Assembly: GCA_013265495.1 (NCBI GenBank)
Contig: MU061542.1
Span: 278,972 to 342,971, forward strand
Reading direction: 5' to 3'
From: Vicugna vicugna
Lineage: Eukaryota
Length of the DNA stretch: 64,000 bases
Numbering within the stretch: the stretch's first letter is position 1; each line of letters opens with the position of its first letter. Shown one piece after another: positions 1-13,274 of this stretch. Below the pieces are notes generated by a model, which made no database searches, had not been told where the DNA came from, and saw nothing but the letters and a program-made list of their open reading frames with translations. The position numbers and the translations under genes were made by a program.

Positions 1-392
1 AAAACCATAGAGATAGTAAAAAGAACAGCGGTTGGCAGGGACTTGTTGGGGAAGGGATGAAGGAATTAAAAGGTTCAGCACAGGAGATTTGTGGGGCAGT
101 GAAATTATTCTGTGTGACAAATGTACAATGTACAATAAACTATTAAATATTGGTCAAAATCCATAGAATATATAACACAGAAAGTAAACCCTAATGCAAA
201 CTATTAACTTTATTTAAAAATAATGAATCAATATATGTTTAGCAATTGTAACAAATGTACCAAACAAATACAAGGCACAAATAATAAGATGAAGTGTGTG
301 TGGGAACAGAAGGAGTACATGGTAACTCTTTGTACTTTCCAATTTCTGTAAACCTTAAACTGGCCTAAAAACAGTCTATTAATTCTTTTTAA
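1..392 (+). mobile_element. Old LINE-1 3' UTR fragment (L1MC-like)
   Basis: Motifs such as 'ggcagtgaaattattctgtg', 'ggtcaaaatccatagaat', 'aaccctaatgcaaacta' and 'aattgtaacaaatgtacca' resemble L1MC-type 3' ends. It is cut by the window edge. Confidence 0.75.
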
Positions 393-834
393 AAGATCAA
401 GTAACAGTTCAGAGGAAAGTGAAAAAGCATATAACTCTATGTGAGGATTAGGTGAGAGTTTTCATCAAATTCTTAGCTCAGTACATGATAATTATAACTG
501 TCAGGACTGGATTTTTGTGGTGGGAGTTATGGTGAATATGATAATGATGATAAGGAAAAAAGATCTCTAGATAAATGTGATTTAGTGCCAATTTACAAAG
601 AAGCCCCCAAACTCAGAAGGATAAATAAATACTTCTGACAGTTAGAAATTGCATACAACTATGTAGAAAATTTCTACCAAAATATGTTATTTGAAGTGAG
701 ATTGGAAGGCTAAATAAATCTGACCAAATAAATCAGGAGATTTTCAGATAAGAAATGGCATTTGCAAAGCAATGGGTACGTCCTAAACAGTGGCAAATTT
801 GGAAAACCGACTAGTAAACTTGGCTTAATCACTG

Positions 835-865
<31 letters not shown>

Positions 866-866
866 G
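835..866 (+). repeat. A-rich (GAAAA)n microsatellite
   Basis: Direct reading of the sequence. Confidence 0.85.
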
Positions 867-3018
867 AATCAGCAAGCCAATAGTACTTTAAAGATAATCT
901 ACAAATTATTACTTGATTTAGGCATTAAAAACCTTAAATGATGAGTATTGGAATTCTTTTATAATAATTAGCTGTTTGCTTTATGTATTGTATTAATGAG
1001 TTATTGCAGAAGATTTGTGGACTGCTTATCTAGTGTGTTGTGAGTTTATGAAAGTACATTATTTTAGATGTGATTTTGGAGTAGGAAATTTAGCATTAAT
1101 AGTGGCTAGATAAAATTACTCTAGAAATATTTAGCTATATGAGTAATTCAGGAAATTTTTACGGACTATTTGAACACAGAAAAAAAGAGAAATATTATGT
1201 TTTCCCCATTTTCTCCATCAAAAATTTTACGGAATGAGAATGAATGAGTTGAAGTTTTTATATTACTTAAGTTGATATTAATCTTAACTTTAAATATAAC
1301 CACTGAAGAGGCATGAGTGGACAGTTTTTGGATGGTTTAATGTAAAGATATGTGCCTGAGAAACGACTTCTGAGGTTTATATGACAAAAGCACTCTCCAT
1401 TTATGCATGTGCAATCAGAAATATTGAATAGCTTTTTTCCTGTATTATGTCAGATATTTCACTGTATTTTCTAGATCAGTAAGTCATGAAAACCTTTCTT
1501 AGCTACACTTTTGTAAAGACTCCCTGTAACATACAATTTCCTGATAAAAATCAATAAAAGAAATGCAAGTCAATGTTAGAAATCTGTTTTAAATCTGAAA
1601 TTTTTTTATAAATTTTTACTGTGTTGTTTAAAATGTGTTCTGTTTCTTATACTTTATTATTAAAATGCATTTGTTATTTATTTATTTTTGTTCATAATTT
1701 CTTTATTGTATTATCTTTTCCAAAGTAAAATGCTGTCAGCTTCCAAATTGTTGAGTTTTTGTTTTCTCTTTTTATTTTTAAACTAAATTCTATTAAGACC
1801 CTAATAGCAGTGATAAATGATTCAGAGATCATAAGGTGATTGATGGCTGCCTATAGGTCTGATAATGACACAGTCTGGAATGAAAATACAACTTATCTGG
1901 TGTGAAAAATATAGTTGTCCCTAAGGACACTAAAGTATCAACGTGTATTTGTAGAAAGTAGCTGCAGTGATTATGGTTCACAGTTACCACAGTTAAATTT
2001 AGTCTTTGAGGCACTATTTATTAACCATCCCAAGTACTTTTTTTTATAATATCCATAAGCAGAATTCGTGGTCATCCAAGAGAGACCAAACATGTAAGTT
2101 ACTATATCAACTTCTAAAAGTTAACGAGTAGCCTGGGAGTTATGATTTACTGTCAGTCCACCAAGAAATGTCAGTGCCCTGAAATAAGAGGAGGCAAGTG
2201 TCATCTAGCTGGATTTGTGAACTTTTCACTTTGCCATTCAGTAGACAGCAAACAGAAAATTAGTCTATAAATAATTGAACTTGATTTTTTTTGAAAATCT
2301 ATCACAGCATGTTAAAAGCAACTTTGTTCTTGAATTACCCCTTCACAATATTAAATAAATCAAGCAGCCTTTAAATAATGCAACATGTAGGGCAACAGAT
2401 AAGAAGGTTTAATAAACATAAGAGAAGACTGTAGAAAATACACACCATGTGTGATTTTGTTGTAGTTTCTTCTGAGAATTTTTTTTTTTACTGAGGCATT
2501 ATTATGACAGTAAAAAGATTGGCAAGAACCCAAATGTCCATTAGTACCCAACAGGCTAAGTCCATCATTGCACAGCCACCAGTGGAACAGCACATGGGCC
2601 AGGAGAGGGCGCTGCGCTGCGTTAGAGCCGAGTTGGGAGGAAGGGACCAAGGCTCCTGCCCACCTTGGCCTGGGGAGCAGTTCTCACAGAAGGCCCTGGG
2701 CCTTGATTCTTGTCTCCCCCAGTGCAGGTGGAAGAAGGAGCCCCAGATACTAGCAGTTCAAGCAGACAGGATGAACAAAAGGAGCAGAGCGTCAGACCTG
2801 GCTTGTGCTCCGTGTACTCAAAATGATACAAACCAACAGATGGAGGTGCTGAAGAGTAAGGCCCTGAAGCTAGTTCTTAGGGCTCAATGAAGGGGGCCCA
2901 CTCTTTGTCATCTGGCATACGATGCAGGGACAGACAGACAGGAGATAAAAGCAACAACCTTCACTGTCCTGGGCGTTCTATCAGCAGGCATTCCTAGTCG
3001 ATGCATTCCATGACATGC

Positions 3019-3055
3019 TGTGTGTGTTTTTGTGTGTGTGTGTGTGTGTGTGTGT
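3019..3055 (+). repeat. (TG)n microsatellite, interrupted
   Basis: Direct reading of the sequence. Confidence 0.9.
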
Positions 3056-3724
3056 TTTGTTTTGCTGTAAATTTAATATTAACTTTTATTTATCAAAACA
3101 GCTACAGGATGCATAAATCAATAGACAGCAAAACACTGAATTTGTTTGGATGATCTTAGAAATGTTGCTAAATATAAATCCAATTTTTAAATGCCTATTG
3201 TAAGTATACTGTTTGCAAAATGATGTTTCAGTATTTAGGAAAATGATAAATTTTTGTAAATAAACATTTTTAATATGATTTTCTCTGTTTTGTTAAATAG
3301 AAGAATATGTTTCTCCTTCTTAAGAATGAAATAGAGTTACAAATAACTCAGTGGTTCATAAAGATATAAGAAAAGATGAAGGGTGAAATGTTATTTCAAT
3401 AAAAGCTCTAAGTAATTCTTCCAAAACTGTTCTGGTCAGATATCCAAATAAACAGACTAAGTTTTTAGGTAGTTTTAAAGATCTATGTTCATAACACTAC
3501 AATGTTTTATTTTATGCTTTTTGTATTTTGACATCTATAATATAGAATAAAATATACAACTTACCTCTGACATTTTAAAAGTATGGTCAGTTTGGGTATT
3601 TACTATAAAATCAAAATTTGGGGGGATAGATAATTATAATATTTTAAGCAACTAAAAGTCAGATGAAATAAAGTGCTGCATGGCAATAAACATATACAAA
3701 GGGAACATTAGTTTGTGTAATTAG

Positions 3725-4360
3725 ATTTATTATTTTTAAAAAATTTCAAACATACAGACAGTTGTAAGAATAGTACAAATAACTTTGATATTCCTGAACT
3801 AGTTAATAGTGAATTACTGATATGATGCCTCATTACTCAAGAATACTTGAGTGTATATTTCTTACAAAGAAAGACATCTTCATACATAGCCTTGTAGAAC
3901 CATCATAATCATGAAATTAACATCAGGAAACTGCTTTAAGAATCTGGAATTGTCTTATTCCTAATCAAACTTTTAATTTATTTACTCATGAATACTGATC
4001 CTTTCCATGAATACCTATTTTAATTATTGGTCATAATCCCTTATCGTTATTTATTTTGATAATCAGAGTCTCCCAGATTTAGACCAGTGCCCCTTCAAGG
4101 CAGCTTCTGTGTGACTTTGACTTACTTGTACCATCCTTGGAGCACATTCTTATTTATGCACACACATAGACACAAAATACTCCAGATCACTTTGTAACTT
4201 TTTGCCCCAATTCTGGAAACAATCATTTCTTCAAGGAGCCTTGCTTCTTTTAGGAGGAAACGGTATTTATAAAACACTATCAGGGTGCATGTTGTGCTCT
4301 CTGTTATTGGGTCACTGCTCCTCCATCTCTTCAGTGGACAAATCCAGGGAATATATGAAT
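3725..4360 (-). mobile_element. Ancient L1M 3' end fragment (L1MC/L1ME-like)
   Basis: 'aaaatttcaaacatacagacagttgtaagaatagtacaaataac', 'gaatacttgagtgtatatttc' and 'aatcatttcttcaaggagccttgcttc' resemble old L1 3' UTRs in antisense. The element probably resumes after the DNA transposons at ~5330-5550. Confidence 0.6.
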
Positions 4361-4383
4361 GCACATGCACACACATACACACA

Positions 4384-4896
4384 CAGATAACTCTTTCTTC
4401 ACTTAGGGTGGATTTGCTCCCTGATAAACCCATCACAGGTTTTAAATATTATAATCTGAAAATGTATTTAATACAACTAACATCAAAATCATAGCTTATT
4501 CTAGTTTACCTTAAATGTATACAAAACACCTACATCAACGTGCAGTCAGGCAAAGTCATCAAACACAAAGCCTATTTTATAATAAATTTGTTGAACATAA
4601 CAAGTAGTTTACTGAATAGTACGTTGAAAGTCAGAAGAAAAACAGTTGTATGAATCCAGAAAGGCTGTCAGTGTTTTTGTTGTTTACCCTCATGATTATG
4701 TGGCTGAAAGGGAGCTATGACTTGCAGGGAAGCCCAGCTTCACAAGAGAGCATCAAATCAGACTGAACATCATTAGCCTGGGAAATGGTCAAAATTCAAA
4801 ATTCAAAGTACGGTTTCCATTGAATGTGTGTCACTTTCAAGGCATCATAAAGTCAAATAATCTTACGTAGTCCCATCCTAAGTTGGGCACCACCTA
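4384..4896 (+). mobile_element. Tigger-family non-autonomous DNA transposon (MER47/Tigger5-like)
   Basis: It matches the recalled MER47 consensus: 'gataaacccatc', 'gaaaatgtatttaataca', 'catagctta', 'ggcaaagtcatcaaacacaaagcctattttataataaa', 'aagtacggtttccattgaatg'. Confidence 0.8.
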
Positions 4897-4912
4897 TGTG
4901 TATATATGCATA

Positions 4913-5137
4913 CAATTGACCTCTGAACAACTTGGGTTTGAACTGCTAGGTCCACTTATAGGAGGATTTTTTTCCCCAATAGTAAATACTACTCTATTAA
5001 ATGATCCATGGTTGGTTGAATCTGCAGATGTGGAATCACAGATACGAAGGGCTGACTGTAAGTTATACTTGGATTTTCAACTGAATGGAGGTTCAGCACT
5101 TCTAACCCCCATGTTGATGTTGTTTGAGGGTCAATTG
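4913..5137 (+). mobile_element. Tigger2-derived MITE (MER8-like)
   Basis: Terminal inverted repeats are 'caattgacctctgaacaac' (from 4913) and 'gttgtttgagggtcaattg' (ending 5137), with TA before the left end. Length is 225 bp, with internal 'gggtttgaactgc..ggtccacttata'. Confidence 0.88.
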
Positions 5138-5639
5138 TGTGTTTGTGTGTGTTTATATATACATGCACATACATATCCACTTATTTATGAATAAATATGT
5201 AGTGTATATAATTTATACATGGAAACACTTACATCCATATATGCATATATGTGTATACATATGTATATGTATATGTTATGTGGGTATATAGATAAATAGA
5301 TAGATAGATATAGATCACAAAATGTACCACTACAAATTCACATTGATATCTCCGGTTCCTATCTAGTACCACAATATTTGTTTTAGCTTTATCCCATGAC
5401 GTACTTAGGCAATTTTTCTGTAACAGTATTGAAACTGGCTATAATTATCTTCAATCAGTTATCTTTTTTTGACAAATCGCATTGTATATAGTCAATCTCC
5501 CATTGCTGCTTCTGCACATGTTCCTTGTGAAAATATCCTCCTCAGCCTACTCAGGTTTTATCCTTCTGCATCTTGTATTATAATTCATATGTGGCTACAT
5601 GATACCTAGCAAATATGGGGATAATTGAGAAGATGAATT

Positions 5640-6180
5640 ATGGTGGATAATATGGCTTGTTGGTCACCATTTATTTCAATGTTCTTCTAACTTGCTTTCT
5701 TCAATGGCAAAGTTGAAAACCTAAAAACAGCATTTCCAAGATTATTTGCAGTGATTTGACTGCCGCCAAATAGATGTACTTATGAATTTTGGCAAATGGA
5801 AGGCATATTTTGGACACCACAGGTGCATATCATGATGGAGGTATTTATTCTGTGTTTTTCTCTCTTAGCTTCCCAGCACTTATCTCAGGATGATGCTTCC
5901 ACTGCTAATCATGACTGGCTTAGATAGATTGTGTCTATTTAGTCATAGTACTGGAGCCAGAGTTTGTAATGGTAGCTTCCAGAGTGAAGGATATGTCATA
6001 GCTGTCTCAGTTACTTGGTTCTTCATAATAATTTCAAAGCCACTTCTAAAATTCAAAGTAGAATTTGTTTCTTTGGTATTCCTAATGCTGTTATAATGCA
6101 CCTATTGTGTTTATGAGGATATCTATCTGCTGAAATTTAGAATAATAGTCGGAATTTCATCTATTTTACAAACTGATATG
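5640..6180 (+). mobile_element. Ancient ERV-L solo LTR (LTR33-like)
   Basis: 'aaaacctaaaaacagcatttccaagattatttgcag ... ccgccaaatagatgtact ... ttttggcaaatggaagg' resembles the recalled LTR33 core. Boundaries are approximate. Confidence 0.5.
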
Positions 6181-7059
6181 CCCAAACACCTGAAACAGTG
6201 TTTGGTTCTAAGACTGCTTGAAATGATAATGTAAAACCTGAACATAATCACTTTTAACAGAATTTCCTTTTTTAAAGTGTCCAGCACAATTAGAAATCAG
6301 TCCATGTCACTCAGTGTGCATTCCTCATTTCATTGTAACAGGCTTTGGAGCTGTTCAAGCCACTTATTTCAAGAAACCAGTGATAAATTGTGGACTACAA
6401 GTATATGAGTTTCTAATGCTGTGTTATCTATCAATCCATAAATCTGGGCATATGCAGGATTCTATTATTATTTGGAAGTTGTCTATGGAAAGTCAAGTTC
6501 TATCAAATTTGCATTGTGGTAGTAATTTACATGAGTATTCAGCTTGCAGTGCATCTACTCTTGCCGCTGTGATACTTTTCCCTCAAAACACACTAAGAAG
6601 GCTGAGAAAAATTTATTTTGATATGTTGCCTGAAGAAGAAACAACTGGCTTTGATTTATGGGTTCTGCAGATATTCTGGTTCAGGCTGGAATTAGACTAC
6701 TGGAACATTAAAACCTCACTTAATGATGTTCTTGAAAGATAAGAATAGAGCTTCTTCTTCTTCTATTTTTTTTTTTTTGTTGGCTGAACTTCAAGTTTTA
6801 TATATTTGCTGTCCATTTTGGAGGGGAAATTGTCCAGTAGTACTAATCTACAATGATTCATGGACAGTTACTTACTGTTTTGTAAACAATCTGGAGTTTA
6901 TAGCAATCAAGAAGGGAGAATTGGTTACAAGGAGATTTAGTTGATGTGGGTGGAAATTCATTTTAGAATAAGACTATTCCCTTCAAATTTGAATGTTTAC
7001 CAATTCTTGTAAAAATCAGATGGACATAGAAGACCTATTCTGTGGACTGTTTTAACAAT

Positions 7060-7340
7060 TTTATAGAGTCTTTGCTTTAGATTAGGCATTGTTCTATATC
7101 TAGGGATACAAATATCAGATAAAACAGATAAAAATGCCATAGTTCATGCAACCTTCATATAGTTGTGAAAGGAGATAAATAAGGGACACCATCAACATTA
7201 AAATATGTAATATTAGATAATTAGTATTAAGGAGATAAGCAAATGTTAAAAGTGGCTATAATGTTATACAGGGTGATTAATGTAGCTGAGCAAAGACTAG
7301 AAGGTGGTAAGAGAGTAAATTATGCTGCTATATATATATA

Positions 7341-7379
<39 letters not shown>

Positions 7380-7830
7380 CATACACATATTTCCTTCCAG
7401 CAAAAAGAAGAGTGAGTACAAATTCTCTGAGAAAGAGTAATTTTTGACATGTTCCAGAAACATTGAGAAAGCCATTGTGACTTAAGCAGAATGTAAGGCA
7501 AGAGGAATTTAGTAGAACATAAAATGAAAGACTAAAATGGTTAGCTAAATCACTTTTATTTTGAAGGTCATTGAAAGATATTTGGTCTTTTTCTCTGAGT
7601 GATGTGGGAAACTGAATATAAATTTTTGGGCAAAGAAGCAATCTGATATAATTTAATTTTTACAAGACTCATACTGGCTACTATGTGGCAAGAGAGGTAA
7701 AATGACAGAGATAAATTGGCAAACATCCAGGTAAGGGATGGTGACAACTTAGATCTTTGTGTGAAGGATTTGAGAAGAAATGATCAGTTTTTGAGTTGTG
7801 ATTTGAAAGTAGAACCAAGAAATCTTACTG
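7060..7830 (-). mobile_element. LINE-2 3' fragment, containing a (TA)n(TG)n microsatellite at ~7329-7378
   Basis: L2 antisense motifs: 'taggcattgttcta...ggggatacaaa', 'tttggtctttttctctgagtgatgtgggaaac', 'gagaagaaatgatcagtttttgagttgtgatttgaaagtagaaccaaga'. Confidence 0.7.
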
Positions 7831-9221
7831 AGAAATCTCTCACCCTCTCTTCCTGTCCCCAACATGAATGTTCCTTCATGGGATTACAGGTATTTTTGCC
7901 ACAAGACTCAGATAGTGATTATCTATGGACTCAACATGGACTTCCTTTCAAGTAAGCTAAGTTGGCCATATCTACTGTCAGGTATACAATCTTCTAACAA
8001 TTAGGCTAATGTATGACACTACTCTGGAGATGGATCAGTCTGTTACCTGTATTGGATTCTTTCAGTAAGAAAGATGTGAAGTTAAATATTTAATCTGGCC
8101 ATGAATTTGCATTTGCTGCCCACTATACTTCTCCAACACCTTGGAAAATTGCTGAAACCCTCATTGATAGTCACAATATACCAAACAAAATTGCTTTTGA
8201 GTATAAAATATTATTTTATATCAAACTATAAGAGAGTGGCAGATGACCATGTGTCTCATCAATCAAAAGCAGCTGCTCTTAAAATAATTTGTATTGGTCT
8301 ATTATTGAAGAATATGTTCTCATGTTTGTATTCTTTTGTATTTTGTATGATTCTTGATATCATTTATTTCTTCTTGAATGTTATGCTTCTAGTCCTTGCT
8401 TCTTGATAGACACATGATTGTTAGATCTGGAGAATCAATAACGTTTAATAAATGAATAATTTTCAATGACTTACAAATCTTACTCCAACCTAATTTTCCA
8501 ATGAAAAATAGTGCTAATCCAAACATATATGCATTCTCCACATGCCTATATTTTAATCGTTGATTTAAATCTTTAAAATTGCAATTCTACTAATAGGTAC
8601 TTTCTCAGAGATCTATGCAGAAAGACTAACAAGGCTAACTTATCTTCCTTTCCATAGATAATGCTTCTTTACTAAATCTAAGATTTGTTAAATAGCATTA
8701 CAAAAAATTCTGGAATATAAAAAAATATTTCAAGACAGTAGTATAAATAAAATAACAAAAATATTAATCCAAAATTAAGATAGAAAATACAGAAAGCTAG
8801 TCCCAAATCATGATAAATGTAAAACAACTTATTCACTTAAATATATTTTTATAAATTTTTAAACATTTTGGTCCACAGATGATGTTGTGACCACACTTTG
8901 AAAATTGAAAATATATAACCCTTGAAATTACTGATCCCTTAATTTAAGTGTTTTACTCAAAAAAGTAATATATGTTATAAAATCAATTTACCAGCACCTG
9001 GAAGAGAAAAGGTTACTCTGAAGGATAAGATTACAACTGAGAATGATCATTCATTTGCTTAGTGACCTAGAGAATAATAGGCACTTTTTGCAGTTTTCTT
9101 TGTTGGAGGAGTAGTACTTATCTGCCATTGCCAGCAAGTTTGCCTCCTGGCCAGTCAACAGGGGATATATTCTGGTCTATTTTATGGAAGTAATTTATCC
9201 TTGGAATTAGTTAATAACGTC

Positions 9222-9420
9222 AATGGCTTTATAAACTACAAGTCCTATCAAACTAATCTGAACTTGATCAATCAAGGGGAAGAATAGATGCAATCTTTCT
9301 TGACATGAGCAATGATTTTGGTGCTACTGCACATGAAATATTTCTCAGTAAACTGGGAAAACATGTACTTTAACAAACCCTAACTTTTAGTTGAATCCAC
9401 AACTCTTTACTTGATCAATT
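9222..9420 (+). mobile_element. CR1/L3 LINE reverse transcriptase fossil
   Basis: Manual translation with one frameshift gives NGFINYKSYQTNL...NQGE / IDAIFLDMSNDFGATAHEIFLSKLGKH. This matches the CR1 motif HGFxKxKSCxTNL...VDxxYLDFSKAFDxVxHxILxxKL. Confidence 0.72.
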
Positions 9421-10149
9421 CTTAAAAAAATATATATTCACTGTCTTTTTGTCAAGAACAATAAATAATAAGTGTAAAGGGGAAAAGGAAGTGATTTTTT
9501 ATATGTAAAATGAATCTAATTTTAATGACTAACAATAATGATATTATCAATTATATTTTGGGCTGTGTTGGTTACTTTACATGAATAACATTCATTGGTA
9601 TGCATTGACCTAACCATGTGTGTTAGTTATTATCATAAGGCAGCTAACTTCATTCCTGCCTGGGAGCCAAAATTTGTAAACTATGGTTTCTCTAGCTCCT
9701 AAACTAATGCATATTACATCCTATTCTATCACTTCCCAATGCATCGTTTTAAATCTGTTTTTGATATTGTTTCCCTCTGTTGAAACAAAATGATGCTGTA
9801 CTTTCTCAATATATTTATTGGTAGGGGTGAAAAAGTCTAATTTCTAGGCCACTCTGTTAACCTGTTGGCTAAATGAAATGTATATGTAAATATAGATGGC
9901 TTTGATTATCATGGAATAAACATGGGTTACCTGTATAAGCTTGCATTTCTTGAGCCTTTTTTTTTCTGAGAACTTGACTTGCTTCCATATCTATAACAGA
10001 AATATTCATTCACTAGAAGTGAGTCCAAATCTGCAATTCTGATATCAAAGAATTATTTTACTCCATTTCAGAGTTGGAAGTTATATTTAAGGTTATTTAA
10101 TGTAATCATCTTTTCTATGCTTGACTTTCCTCTATAACATTAAATTAAA

Positions 10150-10450
10150 CTTCTTCAATTCAATTTAATTGAAATTGTATTTATTGAGTACTTCCTCTTT
10201 ATCTGGCACTATGCTAGGTCCTAAATATACAAAGATACATCATGAGCCTTAAATGAGCTCACACTTTAGTGACACAATAGGAAAATATATAAATATAAAT
10301 ATAAAGTATATAACCCAAAAATTAATTTATTAAAAATTTCTACAAGATGTAATAGGAACATGGAGAACAGACTCCCTATTTCAGTCTGAGGAATTCAGGG
10401 AAGACTTTCAAATAGGCAGTTAACCTTGGAATTGGAAATAATGGAGAAGC
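10150..10450 (-). mobile_element. LINE-2 3' end fragment
   Basis: 'tttattgagtacttc...ctggcactatgctaggt...gagctcacactttagtg...tcagggaagacttt' is the typical L2 antisense terminus. Confidence 0.65.
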
Positions 10451-11099
10451 AAGGGTTGGAGAAGAAAGCGCAGAGGCTGAGAAGTAACTGGTTTCATAGA
10501 CTGCATCACATACATGTAATGACAAAAAGCTCAATATATCTGAGCCATATCACTTGTCACAGAAAATCAAAATTAAAAAAAATCAAAATTATTTTGTCCC
10601 CAGTAGATTGGAAGGTCCACTATTCTAGCTTTTGTTTCCAGCAAAATATCTGTCAAATTGAGAATTTTTTTACAAAAAAAATTACCTGACCAATAAATTA
10701 GGAGCCATAAAATAATGGTGTATTTGAGGCCATAAGTTTAGATAACCTGCTCTTAACATGTACGTAAAGTGAGAAAAAAAAGCAGTCTAAAGATGTATTT
10801 GATAAATACCAATACTGAAATGTGAGTAACAAAAGGAAAACCCATGCAAAGCCATGATGAAGAGTAGTTAGATATATTAGAGAGAGGAGGAGATATTAAT
10901 GCAAAGGCAACTAAGAATGACAAATCTTTCAGGATGTGTGTGGGCAGAGTGGTGCCAAAATGTCAAGTAAGGTAAATATATTTGTTAGTTGTAATTGGTC
11001 AGATATAACTGAAAAGATATGGGGAGTTGTTTCATGAAGTGGGGTTAACTTAGGACATTGAGCCAAAGAGAACACAGATGGTAAGGAACTACATCAGGT

Positions 11100-11260
11100 A
11101 ATCCTTAGAGTAGTTTCGTAAGGCAGGTTCTATATAAAGCCCCCTTTTTAGAAATGAGAACACTATATTTAGGGAATTAGATAAACAACTAGAAATTTTC
11201 CAGCTAGTTATTTGTAGAGCTGAGATGTAAATCTAAGTGACTGACTCACAGCGGTGCATT
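11100..11260 (-). mobile_element. MIR SINE fragment
   Basis: Degenerate MIR core 'cccctttttagaaatgagaacact...cagctagt...gtagagctgagatgtaaatctaagt..ctgactc'. Confidence 0.6.
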
Positions 11261-11744
11261 GGACTTGACCCAAACTCACCAGTTACTGTATATCTGAAAG
11301 AAAGGTTTTGGTGGAAGATTTATTTCTAGTGTATTATTTTATGTATATATTATTAAAATCATTTAGTAAAAATATTGAGACTAATACTCAATGAGAGGCT
11401 GGTTAGCAAATATAAAGATCTTCCAAATTTAGATATTTTATCTTTTACCTAGATTAACAAAATGTTTATGTATCTTCATAACTAGCTACCTACTGTATTT
11501 GCTCACCTTCTACTCCCATATATGCCCTTAAGGAATTTTTGGAAACCTTCTTTAATCATTGATCTAGCAGGTTTTTGACATTCATGCACTTATCATTAGA
11601 CAGACCTAAGTCCTTCTTCCCTTATCAGATAATCATGCTCACAGTAACACATTGGATCTCTCTGATAATACCCAAAATTGGCTACACATAAGTCTTGTTC
11701 ATCTTTTTCACAAAGGGTAATGTTTCCACCTTTATGTTGCAGCT

Positions 11745-12835
11745 TTTTTTGTGTATATTTTTTGTGTTTTGTATTATTGAAGTATAGTCAGTTTACAATG
11801 TTGTGTCAATTTCTGGTTTACAGAACAATACTTCAGTCATATAAGAATATACATATATTCATTTTTGTGTTATTTTTCACCATAAGTTACTACAAGAAAT
11901 TGAATATAGTTCCCTGTGCTATACAGTGTAAAACTTGTTGTTTATCTATTTTATACATATTAGTTAGTATCTACAAATCTTGAACTCCCAATTTATCCTT
12001 TCCCATCCCCTTTCCCCCCTCCCAGTGACCATAAGTTTTTTTTAATGTCTGTGAGTCTGTTTCTGTTTTATGATAAGTTCATTTGTCTTTTTTTTTAATA
12101 TTCCACATATAAGTGATGTCACATGGGTTTTTTTTTTCTCTTTCTGGTTTACTTCAATTAGAATGACAATCTCCAAGTCTATCTATGTTGCTGAAAATGA
12201 CATTATTTTATTATTTTTTATGGCTGAGTAGTATACCAAAGCTTCTTTATCCAGTCATCTGTTGATGGACATTTAAGTTGTCTCTATGTCTTAGCTATTG
12301 TAAATAGTGATGCTATGAACATTGGGGTGCAGGTGTCTTTTCCAGTTAAGGTTACCTCTGGATATATGCCCAGGAATGGGATTGTAGGATCATATAGTAA
12401 ACCTGTTTTTAATCTTTTGAGGAATCTCCACACTGTTTTTCATAATGGCTGCCTGAAACTACATTCTCACCAGCAATGTAAGAGGGTTCCACTTTCTCCA
12501 CACCCTTTCCAGCACTTACTGTTTGTAGACTTTCAAATGATAGCCATTCTTACTGGTGTGAGGTGATACCTCATTGTAGCTTTGATTTGCAGTTCTCTGA
12601 TAATTAGTGATATTGAATGTTTTTTCAATGCCTATTGGCCATTTGTATGTCTTCTTTGGAGATTGCTTGTTTACGTCTTCTGTCCATTTTTGGATTGGGT
12701 TTTTTTATAATTAAATTGTATGAGATATTTATATATTCAGGAAATTAAGCCCTCATCAGCCTTTTGCAAATATTTTCTCCCATTCTGTATGTTGCCATTT
12801 TGTTTTGCTTTTGGTTTCCTTTGCTGTGTAAAAGA
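11745..12835 (-). mobile_element. 5'-truncated lineage-specific LINE-1 (3' UTR and ORF2 C-terminus)
   Basis: The left end is T-rich, followed by 'tattgaagtatagtcagtttacaatgttgtgtcaatttctgg'. It is homologous to the reverse complement of ~28800-29880. Confidence 0.92.
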
Positions 12836-13274
12836 TTACCTGTGCAGACTTGAACATGCAGCTCCACTACTCCTTGTGTTCAGAACCCCTTTCCCACAAT
12901 AAGATACCTTGCACATTTTCCCTCTGTGCTCACATAGGCACCTCTCATCTGTATGGTCTGCTGTTGCCTATAGCAGGGTAACTATTAAACTTTTCCTTGT
13001 TCTTATACTTTTATTGGCTTCTCATAAATTATTTTACCAGCCCGTGTCACTGGCTTGCCATGTTGTTTCCCACAACAGAACTTACATTATATATTTATAT
13101 ATTTCTTGTATCTTAATACTATAAATAATATATCTTAATGCCTCTGGAATTTTTTTTGTATATGTTAATATACGACTATCTATCTACTTAATATTTTCAA
13201 TTTTATCTGTCCAGAAAAATTTGCTGAATGTTGTTTCCCTTACTTTGGGATAAATGCTGTATCATATTTTCTTT

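Noticed and set aside
2504..2890. 128-aa ORF as a host gene
   Set aside because: It has no recognisable domain or splice context, and its length is compatible with chance in a GC-richer patch.
6314..6944. 142-aa and 73-aa ORFs
   Set aside because: The first has a non-ATG start. Both have AT-rich random-like composition and no motifs.
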